Source: Bacillota bacterium (lineage in GTDB: Bacteria > Bacillota > Clostridia > Lachnospirales > Lachnospiraceae). Taken from it: DNA of 54,884 bases. The stretch covers positions 1 through 54,884 of the forward strand of contig JAEZXP010000154.1 in the NCBI GenBank assembly GCA_023419655.1, given 5' to 3'. Shown piece by piece: positions 42,763 to 52,464 of the stretch; position 1 is the stretch's first letter, and each line of letters starts with the position of its first letter. The notes beneath the pieces were generated by a model. That model saw only the letters and a program-made list of their open reading frames with translations, had not been told where the DNA came from and searched no databases. Made by a program: the position numbers and the translations under genes.

Positions 42763-44148
42763 TCAGTGGTGCCTTACTACCTCGAACCGCTCCAGCTTTA
42801 CATCTTCATTGTCATATATCCCTGCTTTTTTTCTTGCGATGGATACCTGCTTCTCTACGGTATCTATCCCCTCCAGATTCGGAAGGAGCAGTCCTCTTTT
42901 TCTTCCCGCACTGACAATAATACCATACCGCTTTACGTCAAGCTCCTCTATAGAGACTATCTTCTCCGATTCAGACAGCACATCCACACTATAGACCAGC
43001 TCATAAAGCTCCTCCTCGCTGACAGGAGGAAAACGGAGGTCTTCCATTCCTGCACTTACGGCATTTCGAAGTATCTCTTCTGCAATGCTGTCCGTAACAG
43101 GTGCTATGGTTCCGATGCATCCTCTCAGCTGTCCGTGCTTTTTCAGAGATACGAATACGCCTGCCCTTTTATTCTTCATTTCCCCGGGAATATCCTCCGG
43201 CAGCTTTGCAGCTTTCCCCGTCTTAACATAAGTCTCCAGGGACAGCCTGGCAAGACCTACATAAGCGTCTTCAAGCTTTTGCTTCTCCCTTGCCAGTCTT
43301 TTTTGTTCCTCCTGAAACAGAATATCAAAATGCCTCTTGTCATCCTCTCCGGCTATCCTATAAGTACAAATTCCATATCCCACACCAAAGGTTCCCTCAT
43401 AGGATAAGAATTCAGGCTCGACTTTAAGGCCGCTTAACGCACCGGCCATGATAATAAAAGATTTCAGTCCGCATTCCGCTGCTGCTTCACAAAAGTCCGG
43501 AGAAAAGGTCATAAAGCTCAAGAAGTCTCCCTTTTCCATCGCCTCGGTAACCTGCTTATCGAACCTGGGACCCTCTTTTGAAAAGCCGTAAGGGCCATCC
43601 TCTTTAAGCTTATGGGACAAATCGCCGCTTGCCACAAAGACAATTCTTCTGTTCAGCTTGTCCGCCGTATCCTTAACGCATCTTCCCAGCCGGTAATGCT
43701 CCGTAACAGAAAGTCCTGACAGTCCAATCCGCACCAACTCATAGTCTTTATAATATTTATTTATAAAGTATAAGGGAACCATCGTGCCGTGGTCCAACCG
43801 GGGCTCCTTCTCTCCAAGGGTTCCCGCTTCTATCTGCCTTCTCTCCGCCAAGGCCTCCAGCTTTTCAACGAACTCCTCATCATATTTTGCAGCAAAGGAT
43901 ACATTCCTTGCCCCAAACCGTCTGAAATCTCCTTTTGCGCCTGACCCCGGAGAAATATGAAAATAATCCGAATACATCATCGAATGGGGCGTTGTTATGA
44001 TGATTGTATCCGGTTTCAGCCCTGCTATCTGCCTGGCAACCTCATGGTAGCTGTCAATCGTCTTTTCAATTTTCTTTTCCTCTCCCCCTCCGATTTCAGG
44101 AATGATAAGGGGCGGATGAGGAACAATAAAAGCACCTAATATAGCCAT
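42763..44148 (-). CDS. amrA: AmmeMemoRadiSam protein A: LigB/Memo-like domain fused to AMMECR1 domain
   Basis: VPHPP, TPH, LDHG, ASGDLSH, ECG, then GVFVSL..LRGCIG, D.RF, GLLLP. Confidence 0.92.
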   Translation of the reverse strand: MAILGAFIVPHPPLIIPEIGGGEEKKIEKTIDSYHEVARQIAGLKPDTIIITTPHSMMYSDYFHISPGSGAKGDFRRFGARNVSFAAKYDEEFVEKLEALAERRQIEAGTLGEKEPRLDHGTMVPLYFINKYYKDYELVRIGLSGLSVTEHYRLGRCVKDTADKLNRRIVFVASGDLSHKLKEDGPYGFSKEGPRFDKQVTEAMEKGDFLSFMTFSPDFCEAAAECGLKSFIIMAGALSGLKVEPEFLSYEGTFGVGYGICTYRIAGEDDKRHFDILFQEEQKRLAREKQKLEDAYVGLARLSLETYVKTGKAAKLPEDIPGEMKNKRAGVFVSLKKHGQLRGCIGTIAPVTDSIAEEILRNAVSAGMEDLRFPPVSEEELYELVYSVDVLSESEKIVSIEELDVKRYGIIVSAGRKRGLLLPNLEGIDTVEKQVSIARKKAGIYDNEDVKLERFEVVRHH

Positions 44149-44291
44149 GGTTATCCATCCTTTCCGGTACATACTTGTCCCGTTCATAAGTATTATTATA
44201 TTAAATTTTACCCCTTTTTATAGCAATATGCAAGAAGGCGGCATCTTTCCTGATTTGCCGCCCTGAAAACACGATTAAATCCATTCATACA

Positions 44292-44831
44292 TTAAAATAC
44301 CAGATTCGTTATGATTACGCTGACAATGGTGCCGGTCAGGGTTGCAACAAGGGCTCCCACCAGGGTATAGCGGGATTTTTTTACTCCTGCTGCCATAAAA
44401 TACACCGCCATTGTATAGAAGATTGTCTCCGTACTGCTAAGGATAATGGATGCCAGCCTCCCCAGATAAGAGTCCGGTCCGTATTCTTTGAAGATATCCA
44501 GAAGCAGACTGGTGGCTGCCGATGAAGAGAACATTTTAACCAGAACCACCGGCAAAATCTCCGAAGGAAAATGCACAATATCCGTAAAAGGCTTTAAAAG
44601 CGTTGATAATAGGTCCAGGGCTCCTGATGCCCGCAGGATTCCTATGGCAACCATAAGGCCGATAAGTGTGGGCAGTATCTCCAAAACTACCTTGAAGCCG
44701 TCCTTCGCCCCCTTTATAAACTCATCATAAATCGGAGCTCTCATAAGTAATCCCATACCTATTATGTAGAAGAATATAAAAGGCATTATGTAATCGGATA
44801 CATAGATAATAAAGTTCACAACAATCCCCAT
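44292..44831 (-). CDS. spmB: Spore maturation protein B
   Basis: YDEFIKGAKDG, LRASG, STETIFY; follows spmA; start codon uncertain. Confidence 0.9.
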   Translation of the reverse strand: MGIVVNFIIYVSDYIMPFIFFYIIGMGLLMRAPIYDEFIKGAKDGFKVVLEILPTLIGLMVAIGILRASGALDLLSTLLKPFTDIVHFPSEILPVVLVKMFSSSAATSLLLDIFKEYGPDSYLGRLASIILSSTETIFYTMAVYFMAAGVKKSRYTLVGALVATLTGTIVSVIITNLVF

Positions 44832-44889
44832 CCCTTCAATATACTGTGCCAATAAATCATATATTTATTCCTGATTATCTGTTCCCGCT

Positions 44890-45486
44890 TTATCTGTGCC
44901 TGCTTTTTCTGCTGCTGATTTTTCTTGCCGCTGTAGCAAATATCACTCCGGCTAAGGTGGATATACACGTGGCTATAATGCCTGCCATAAGAATTTCAGC
45001 CGGATTAACGGAGCCGTACTGGCTCCTGTATGCAATGATATTTACAGGTATTAATTGAAGCGAGGATATGTTCACAATTAAAAGGGTACACATATCACAG
45101 CTTGCCAGCTCCGAATCCTTATTCAGCTTTTTAAGCTCTTTCATGGCCATTAATCCCATCGGGGTGGCCGCCCAGCCAAGTCCCAGTATATTCGCAATCA
45201 TATTTGATGCAATGTACTCATTTACCACATGGTCTCTCGGAATATCCGGAAACAGGAACCGTATAACCGGCCGCAATCCCCTGGTAAACGATGCCGTCAG
45301 GCCGCATTTTTTTGCAACTTGCATCATTCCTGTCCACATCGCCATTATACCTACCATCGATATGCATAATGTAACAGCCTCCTTCGAGGAATTAATTGCA
45401 GCATTTCCAATTTCCGCAATATTCCCCTTCAGTATTCCGATTATAATTCCGATAACAATCATAAATCCCCATAAATAATTCAGCAT
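44890..45486 (-). CDS. spmA: Spore maturation protein A
   Basis: MLNYLW, ANILGLGWAATPMGL, NISSLQLIP. Confidence 0.92.
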   Translation of the reverse strand: MLNYLWGFMIVIGIIIGILKGNIAEIGNAAINSSKEAVTLCISMVGIMAMWTGMMQVAKKCGLTASFTRGLRPVIRFLFPDIPRDHVVNEYIASNMIANILGLGWAATPMGLMAMKELKKLNKDSELASCDMCTLLIVNISSLQLIPVNIIAYRSQYGSVNPAEILMAGIIATCISTLAGVIFATAARKISSRKSRHR

Positions 45487-45521
45487 TGCATAGCCACCTT
45501 TAAATATTCTACTGATAAACT

Positions 45522-45675
45522 ATATTATAGGAATTAAAAGCATATTCCTATAATCAAGATTAGCGGCGCAAACCCGGCGCCTTTTATCGAAAGTTATTTT
45601 ATAACTTCCGATAAGCCATATTATAGGAATTAAAAGCATATTCCTATAATCAAGATTAACGGCGCGAACCCAGCG
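45522..45675. repeat. Two 58-bp direct repeats separated by a 38-bp palindromic spacer
   Basis: Copies at 45522-45579 and 45618-45675 differ at 3 positions. Confidence 0.9.
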
Positions 45676-45894
45676 AAAAGATGTCCTTTTATTGCTTATT
45701 TAGAGGGATTTATATTTCTTTTACATTAATTGCTTAAATTGTGCTATGTTTTGACAATTTTTTTAGTTGACATTAATTTCAAACTGTGGTATCGTATATA
45801 AATACTATATACAGAATATGTAAGCCTATTGTAATTCGTACAAGGGCGAGTATATAGTCTATCCCCATTATACCCTAGAAAAGGAGGTCAGTTT

Positions 45895-46155
45895 ATGAAA
45901 GGCACAGGAATTGTAAGAAGACTCGACGAACTGGGAAGAATCACCCTTCCTATCGAGCTGAGAAGAACGTTGGATGTGGGTGAAAGAGACCCGCTGGAGA
46001 TTTATGTTGATGAAGGAAAGATTATCCTTCAGAAATATGAGCCTACTGATATTTTTACAGGCAGTAAGGAAAATCTTATCGAATTTCACGAGAAGAAAAT
46101 CTCCAAAGACACCATTAAGGAACTGGCAATATTAGCCGGACTTATTGCTGAATAG
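45895..46155 (+). CDS. abrB: AbrB-family transition-state regulator
   Basis: MKGTGIVRRLDELGRITLPIELRRTL; GGAGG RBS; position near rsmI. Confidence 0.9.
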   Translation: MKGTGIVRRLDELGRITLPIELRRTLDVGERDPLEIYVDEGKIILQKYEPTDIFTGSKENLIEFHEKKISKDTIKELAILAGLIAE

Positions 46156-46167
46156 TCTACATAGTCA

Positions 46168-46220
46168 TAACCGGGGTGCCAAAAGCCATGATAACATCAT
46201 CGCTTTTGACACCCCGGTTA
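46168..46220. terminator. Long bidirectional hairpin
   Basis: TAACCGGGGTGCCAAAAGC..GCTTTTGACACCCCGGTTA. Confidence 0.75.
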
Positions 46221-46240
46221 CGTTTATGGATATGTTCATA

Positions 46241-47770
46241 TTATTTCTTAAATTTCACTGCAAACTTCGTACCCTGTTTAATGCTATAATATTCTCCGGT
46301 CGGTTCATTATTAAGGTATATCTCTCCTATTACATACTCATCCGGTCTTTTTGCAGGGAGTTCCTGTCCGTTCTCATCCAAATACGTCACCGGAACCCCG
46401 TCTCTTGCCAGATAATAAACCTTTCCCTTTTCTTCATCCCCTTCATAGAAGGTCTTATACATGGTGCCGCTTTCCAAACCATATACAAACTCACCGCTGG
46501 TCTCTGTAATTTTCCGATGCCAGCTCCCGTTCCCATCTCTTTCAAGAATTTCTTCTCCGGTCTTTCCCATTCCATTCGGCATATCCAGATTCCATTCGCC
46601 CTGATAGTAATACCATTTGTAATTTTTTTCATCATCATTCAATACGAACTGAATGCCAATCCCTTCCTTCATCTTGTCTTTAAAACCGCCTGCATAGACA
46701 TTGCTTTTATCGGATATCATGATTCCGTATCCCATCATCAGGTTCATATTGCCGGAAGGGCTATAGTAAAGAGGCGCCGCCTCTGCTATCACATCAACAA
46801 AAAAACTATCCTCCATTGTATTTATTACGGCTTCTATATCCGCCACGCTAAGAGCTGCATAAAGTTCATTCAAAACCCTCTCTTTTTCTCTTCTCTGGGC
46901 GATCAATTCATTCGCTTCATTTAAGAGTTCACTGGAAGCATCACTATGATTGCTTCTTAAATAATTCTGGAGAAGGGCCTTGGCCGAATCATAGTCCTTC
47001 ATGGTAATATAAAGCCCGGCCATCTGGTTATATGCCGTATCTCTTCCCGGTATAAGCCATATGGCTTCATTATACTTTTTAAATGCTTCTTCGTAATTCT
47101 CCTGAAAGACATATTCCGAAGCACTCTCAAGGATTTCATTATATTTTACATCCTTAAGGCTGGCTTCCACCTTATTCATCATTTCATTCAGCTTCTCTGA
47201 TTCCGTTAAGGCTAGCCCATCCTGTATTTCTTCCTTTGCCAAATCATATTTTTCCATTGCCATATAGGATTCTACTATTTTTAGATAGGGAATATCCGAC
47301 CTGCTTTTAACCTGCTTTGCCTTCTCGTATTCATCAATGGCCTTGTTATATTCTCCGTTGGAATAATAGGTATCTCCAAAGGATATTAATTGATAAAAGC
47401 CATAGTCTGTCTTTCTGGCGGTTATCTCCTCAATCTTTTCTTTAACAGCCGTCGTTTTTTGGGCCTCATAGATGCTTCTTAAAACCTCAAGGGCTTTATC
47501 ATAATTATGGATTTCACTGTAGGCTTCGGCCAGGCCTATGGATAAAAACTCCTTGTCACCATATTTCATCGACATGGCCTTTTGATAGGACTCGATTGCA
47601 TTCTCGAAGCTTCCTGCCTCCAGATATTTCTGTGCCATTACCACCTGCTCGTCATATTTTTTTCTTGTCCTGTAGATACTATAGATAGATATGGCAACCA
47701 GTAAAATTATAAAGATAAATACAATCAGTATCCATTTTATCTTCTTCCAGTGTACTATTCGATTAAGCAT
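46241..47770 (-). CDS. Membrane-anchored TPR protein with C-terminal MORN-like beta repeats
   Basis: N-terminal TM; multiple TPRs; Y.GGFKD..KEG.G and YQGEW..DMPNG.G. Confidence 0.8.
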   Translation of the reverse strand: MLNRIVHWKKIKWILIVFIFIILLVAISIYSIYRTRKKYDEQVVMAQKYLEAGSFENAIESYQKAMSMKYGDKEFLSIGLAEAYSEIHNYDKALEVLRSIYEAQKTTAVKEKIEEITARKTDYGFYQLISFGDTYYSNGEYNKAIDEYEKAKQVKSRSDIPYLKIVESYMAMEKYDLAKEEIQDGLALTESEKLNEMMNKVEASLKDVKYNEILESASEYVFQENYEEAFKKYNEAIWLIPGRDTAYNQMAGLYITMKDYDSAKALLQNYLRSNHSDASSELLNEANELIAQRREKERVLNELYAALSVADIEAVINTMEDSFFVDVIAEAAPLYYSPSGNMNLMMGYGIMISDKSNVYAGGFKDKMKEGIGIQFVLNDDEKNYKWYYYQGEWNLDMPNGMGKTGEEILERDGNGSWHRKITETSGEFVYGLESGTMYKTFYEGDEEKGKVYYLARDGVPVTYLDENGQELPAKRPDEYVIGEIYLNNEPTGEYYSIKQGTKFAVKFKK

Positions 47771-48594
47771 TGATACACCTCCCGCTTACTGATTCCCCGG
47801 TCTTTTGCCACCGCTTTCATAGCCTCTTTTTTATCGAGTCCCTGCTCGGTATATATCTTCATGTGTTCAGGAATGGCTATCTCCTCCCAGCGGCTCTTCT
47901 TTTCTATTTCCTGCTCCTCATAGGACCTTCCTTCAATAATCAGTACATATTCCCCTTTTGGCTCTGTGCTGTCATAAGTGGCCATTGCAGCATCCAGCGT
48001 TGTTCTCCATATGGTTTCATGAATTTTTGTAAGCTCCCTGACAACCGTAACAGCCCGGTTACCTAAGGTGCCGTATAGCTCCTTCAGGGTCTTTTTAAGC
48101 CTGTGGGGGGCCTCATACAGAATAATTGTCCGGGTATCATTCGCAATCTCGGCAAGTATCTGCTGCCTTTCCTTCTTATCTGAAGGAAGAAAGGCTTCAA
48201 ATACAAACCTTCTTGTAGAAAGACCGGATAGGGTAAGTCCGGTAATCAGGGCACAGGGTCCCGGAAGAGAGGTGATTTCAATTCCGGCTTCATATGCCTG
48301 CTTAACGATTTCCTCACCCGGGTCGGAAATTGCCGGTGTTCCTGCGTCCGTAATAAGGGCAATGTTCTTGCCCTCTGTCAGCTGCCCGACCAGATATCTT
48401 GCCTTATCTACCTTATTATGTTCATGATAGCTCGTCATCGGTGTCTTGATTTCATAATGATTTAACAGCTTTATGCTATGCCTTGTATCCTCCGCAGCAA
48501 TTAAATCCACCTCTTTCAGCGTCCTTACAACCCTGAAGGTTATGTCCTCAAGATTTCCGATGGGCGTTGCACACAGATATAATTTGCCTGACAT
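47755..48594 (-). CDS. rsmI: 16S rRNA C1402 2'-O-methyltransferase
   Basis: ATPIGNLEDIT, AEDTR, DAGTPAISDPG, RELTKIHE. Confidence 0.97.
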   Translation of the reverse strand: MSGKLYLCATPIGNLEDITFRVVRTLKEVDLIAAEDTRHSIKLLNHYEIKTPMTSYHEHNKVDKARYLVGQLTEGKNIALITDAGTPAISDPGEEIVKQAYEAGIEITSLPGPCALITGLTLSGLSTRRFVFEAFLPSDKKERQQILAEIANDTRTIILYEAPHRLKKTLKELYGTLGNRAVTVVRELTKIHETIWRTTLDAAMATYDSTEPKGEYVLIIEGRSYEEQEIEKKSRWEEIAIPEHMKIYTEQGLDKKEAMKAVAKDRGISKREVYQCLIE

Positions 48595-48653
48595 CTTTTT
48601 ATGCCTTTCCCGGATTTTATTCATCCCGTTAATCTTTTTCATATCACTGCATC

Positions 48654-49406
48654 TTAATGATTGTAACCATATATCTCAAGTATTTCATCCGTATAGGTGC
48701 CCGGCTCCTTATATACAATTAAAGGAGCTTCCATTACGAGGTTTTTGCCTCCGCCCTTAACACATTCTACAAGAATCATATTCGGTTCCTTGTCAATGTA
48801 CGGATAAACCAGCCTCATTCTCTTTGCCTCCAGCTTATGCCTGGAGCATGTATTCATAATCTCTACCAATCGAAACGGTCTGTGAACCATATAAAATCTG
48901 CCGCTCTGCTTTAATGTCCCGGCAGCCTCACGAATCACATCCTCCAGATTACAGAGTATCTCATGCCTCGCTATCGCCCTTGAAGGGTCCTTATTGATGA
49001 TACCATGGCTATGATTCATATAGGGCGGATTACTTGTAACAACATCAAAGGAAGCCACTCCAAATAGCTTAGAGGCCTCCTTGATATCTCCGTCCACAAT
49101 ATCAATTTTATCTTCCAGTTTGTTCAGCCTGACACTTCGTCTGGCCATATCCGCACTTGTTTCCTGTATCTCCAGCCCGGTAAAGTGCCCTCCTAAGGTC
49201 TTTGCCTCCAGAAGTATCGGTATAATTCCGGTTCCCGTACCAAGGTCAAGTACCCTTTCACCCGAAAGTACCCTAACGAACCCCGATAACAATACCGCAT
49301 CCATTCCAAAGCAAAATTGCTCTGTATTTTGAATTATTTTATAATTATTTCTGTGAAGCTCATCCAATCTTTCTCCGGGCTTTAATAATCCGTTTGAACT
49401 ATCCAT
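48654..49406 (-). CDS. tRNA1(Val) A37 N6-methyltransferase (YabB/TrmN6-like)
   Basis: GMDAVLL, DLGTGTG, SNPPY, ARHE; start codon uncertain. Confidence 0.9.
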   Translation of the reverse strand: MDSSNGLLKPGERLDELHRNNYKIIQNTEQFCFGMDAVLLSGFVRVLSGERVLDLGTGTGIIPILLEAKTLGGHFTGLEIQETSADMARRSVRLNKLEDKIDIVDGDIKEASKLFGVASFDVVTSNPPYMNHSHGIINKDPSRAIARHEILCNLEDVIREAAGTLKQSGRFYMVHRPFRLVEIMNTCSRHKLEAKRMRLVYPYIDKEPNMILVECVKGGGKNLVMEAPLIVYKEPGTYTDEILEIYGYNH

Positions 49407-49407
49407 A

Positions 49408-50319
49408 CTATTCGTCATCCAAAAGGGATTTGCCTTCCTTTTTCTCCAGAAGCTCCAGCTCCCTTAATTCTTCATCCTCTATATTCACTCTGTCTCTCTT
49501 TTTCTTTGGTCTGAAAATCAAATCCTCTACCTTATATTCGCGGACTTCCTTTTCGTCATTATCCAAGGTGACAATAATCTTGACAAGCTGCTTTAATACA
49601 CTGACGCTCTGAACCTCACCCTTTAGATGGTCCTTCGTGTGTACAAAATCTCCCACATCCGGAAGCTTTGCATTCAGCTCCTCGTAGGCCTCCTGCTCAT
49701 TCTTTAAGCAGCACATTAGCCGGCCGCATACACCGGATATTTTTGTGGGGTTAAGGGAAAGATTCTGCTCCTTTGCCATCTTAATCGATACCGGTGCGAA
49801 TTCCGATAAATGGGTATTGCAGCAGAGTGTCCTTCCGCAGATTCCGATTCCTCCGACAATTTTCGTCTCGTCTCTGACGCCAATCTGTCTAAGCTCAATT
49901 CGGGTCTTAAAGACCGATGCCAAATCCTTTACCAATTCCCTGAAATCGATTCTTCCGTCTGCGGTAAAATAAAACAGCACCTTGTTGTTATCAAATGTAT
50001 ATTCCGAATCAATAAGCTTCATCTCAAGACCGTGCTTTCTAATCTTTTCAAGACAAATCTGGAAAGCCTCTTTTTCTTTTTCCTTATTCTTTCGTTCGGT
50101 CTTGTCATCCTCGGCTGTCGCCTGGCGGATAACCGGCTTCAGGGGCTGGATGATTTTATCGTCCTCCACCTGTCTAAAGCCCAGTACGACCGTACCGTAT
50201 TCTATCCCTCTTGCTGTTTCGACAATCACATTGTCTCCCTGCTTTATATCAAATCCTGCCGGGTCAAAATAATAGATTTTCCCTGCACTTCGGAATCTCA
50301 CTCCTATAACATTAACCAT
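49408..50319 (-). CDS. ricT: PSP1/YaaT (RicT) family protein
   Basis: GKIYYF, RIDFRELV, GICGR.LCC, SGVCGRLMCCL. Confidence 0.93.
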   Translation of the reverse strand: MVNVIGVRFRSAGKIYYFDPAGFDIKQGDNVIVETARGIEYGTVVLGFRQVEDDKIIQPLKPVIRQATAEDDKTERKNKEKEKEAFQICLEKIRKHGLEMKLIDSEYTFDNNKVLFYFTADGRIDFRELVKDLASVFKTRIELRQIGVRDETKIVGGIGICGRTLCCNTHLSEFAPVSIKMAKEQNLSLNPTKISGVCGRLMCCLKNEQEAYEELNAKLPDVGDFVHTKDHLKGEVQSVSVLKQLVKIIVTLDNDEKEVREYKVEDLIFRPKKKRDRVNIEDEELRELELLEKKEGKSLLDDE

Positions 50320-51307
50320 TATAATTCTCCTTTATACTAAGCAGCATTAATTCTATCGTAATATCCAGATTAACATTCGCTTTTAATTTGGTTTTTGCTT
50401 CTTCCATTGCTTTTATTGTGTTTTCTATCTCATCATAGGCTCGGATGTTTGCCTGCTTTCTTATTATCTGAAATTCATCCTTAAATAATAACACGTTGGG
50501 GTCATTTGTTGCCTTAAGCATAAGAACATCTCTAAACCACAGCATCATTAAATCAATATAATCATTTATATCCGCCTTATTCTCCGAGATTGTCTTTATC
50601 CCCGATACGATTTCATGGAGCTTCATATCATCCATGTATCTTAGAATATGAAAGATATTCTCCTTCTTAGTTTCAAAATCCTCCGAAGAGGCATATCTTA
50701 TGGCTTTGCCCACATTTCCGCCGCTAAAGCCTGCTGCTATATCCGCTGCATAATCCGGAATCTGAAGCTTTGCCATCAGATGTTCCTTAATCCGCTGTCT
50801 TTCCACAGGCTTTAAATCCAGAATAACGCACCTGGACAAAATCGTGGGCAGAAGATTCTGGATGCTGCGGACAAGCAATAATATTATAGCATATTCCGGT
50901 GGTTCTTCGATTGTTTTGAGTAAGGCATTCTGCGCATTTTCCGTCATTTTATCAGCAGAATCGATAATATATATCTTATACGGACTCTGATACGGCTTCA
51001 CCTGTATATCCGCATTCACCTGGGTCCGGATATCATCCACGCCTATGCTGGCTTTTGAGGGGGTTATCCACAATATGTCCGGCTGATTTCCACTCTCCGT
51101 CTGTACACAAGACTTACAGCTGTTGCAGGGGTTCATCCCTTTCTCCATGCACTGCAAGGTCTTTGCAAAGGTCATGGCCAGCGATTTCTTTCCCATGCCT
51201 TCTTCTCCATGAAAAATATATGCGTGGGAAATCTTCCCTGAGCTTATCGCATTCTGCAAATGTTTTATAATCGCTTCATTCCCAATAATTTCGGTAAAAT
51301 CCTGCAT
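50312..51307 (-). CDS. holB: DNA polymerase III delta' subunit
   Basis: SHAYIF.G..G.GK, Zn motif, AQNALLKTIEEPP, TILSRC; synteny. Confidence 0.93.
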   Translation of the reverse strand: MQDFTEIIGNEAIIKHLQNAISSGKISHAYIFHGEEGMGKKSLAMTFAKTLQCMEKGMNPCNSCKSCVQTESGNQPDILWITPSKASIGVDDIRTQVNADIQVKPYQSPYKIYIIDSADKMTENAQNALLKTIEEPPEYAIILLLVRSIQNLLPTILSRCVILDLKPVERQRIKEHLMAKLQIPDYAADIAAGFSGGNVGKAIRYASSEDFETKKENIFHILRYMDDMKLHEIVSGIKTISENKADINDYIDLMMLWFRDVLMLKATNDPNVLLFKDEFQIIRKQANIRAYDEIENTIKAMEEAKTKLKANVNLDITIELMLLSIKENYNG

Positions 51308-51369
51308 ATACATTCTCCATTCCGGCCAGGGCTGCATGCCTGACCATCCGCATGTCTGATTACACCTGT

Positions 51370-51810
51370 TTATGTCATTATATCAATTAGCAATCCTCGA
51401 ATTTCGTCGATTTTGTTAAGGATAAGCAGATGGTCTTTTTCATCCTTAATCAGTTCCAGAGCCAGCTCGTCCAGCTCCTTATTGACCAGCTTAATCATTG
51501 TATATACTCTGTGTCTGCCCTTTCTGTCAAGAAAGTTCTCTCTTGTAAACTTGTGAGACCTGCTTACAATCTCATTCATGAATTCCCTGATTAATTCTCT
51601 ATAGTGCCTCATATCCCGCACGTCCATATGCTTACCCAGCTTCTTGCCCTGGGCCGCTATCTCATCCAGCATCAGATTAAGCCTTGCCTGCAGGGTCTGG
51701 TCCTCCATATGAGAAATAAGCGTGAATTTAAAAGAACCATCCGTTTCCTGCACCGGAGGCTTTGATGTGGGTTGATTCACCTGTTGTGTCTGATTTATTT
51801 TAATATCCAT
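51370..51810 (-). CDS. yaaR: YaaR/DUF327-family protein
   Basis: [20 protein letters not shown]; position before holB. Confidence 0.88.
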   Translation of the reverse strand: MDIKINQTQQVNQPTSKPPVQETDGSFKFTLISHMEDQTLQARLNLMLDEIAAQGKKLGKHMDVRDMRHYRELIREFMNEIVSRSHKFTRENFLDRKGRHRVYTMIKLVNKELDELALELIKDEKDHLLILNKIDEIRGLLIDIMT

Positions 51811-51881
51811 TGATTTTACTCCTTTTGTGGTACACAAATAAGCCTGTGTTTATATCTTACCACAAACGGTTCAAATTTACA

Positions 51882-52463
51882 TTATTTTTTTATATCGTCG
51901 ATAATCTCCTGCAGACAGATATTGATATCCATATTCACATACCGTTTGGTTATCCCATACCGGGCTATATTCTCTTCGGAGAAATCCTCATCATCCGCAA
52001 GAAATCTCCTGCATAATTCCGCATACTTTGGCTCTTCCTGCTTCTGCTCCCTGCGAAGGGCCCGCATAAGCCTTATTCCGTCTTCTACTTCAATATAGAG
52101 GGGTACTACCCTGTCTCTTCCGAAATAATCCCGTATCTGTCCATAGCTGTACAAGGTTCCATGCATGATATAATCGTATTTATCCAAATCAATCTGGCCA
52201 TCGTTAACGGTAAAATAATGCCACTCACCATGAATCGTATCATATGAGCGGTGTTCGATTATCTTGTTCTGTGCTTCCAGCTCCCTAAGCCTTGCTTCAT
52301 CGACAAAATAATATTCTACTCCGTCTGTCTCCGAATGCCGGATTGGCCTTGTGGTATACATGGTAACGGTTTTTAACTCCAGCTGCGGATTTTCTAAAAG
52401 CTTCTTGAATATGGTATCCTTGCCGGTTGCGCTCTTTCCTATGATGATATATATTTTGGACAT
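51882..52463 (-). CDS. Guanylate kinase-like nucleoside monophosphate kinase
   Basis: GKSATGKD P-loop, TTRPIR..E.DGVEYYF. Confidence 0.85.
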   Translation of the reverse strand: MSKIYIIIGKSATGKDTIFKKLLENPQLELKTVTMYTTRPIRHSETDGVEYYFVDEARLRELEAQNKIIEHRSYDTIHGEWHYFTVNDGQIDLDKYDYIMHGTLYSYGQIRDYFGRDRVVPLYIEVEDGIRLMRALRREQKQEEPKYAELCRRFLADDEDFSEENIARYGITKRYVNMDINICLQEIIDDIKK

Positions 52464-52464
52464 C

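Noticed and set aside
45522..45675. Possible mini CRISPR array
   Set aside because: Only two units, 58 bp long, the spacer is itself palindromic, and there are no cas genes in the window.
46145..46924. 259-aa + strand ORF
   Set aside because: Runs through a terminator hairpin and is antisense to the TPR gene.
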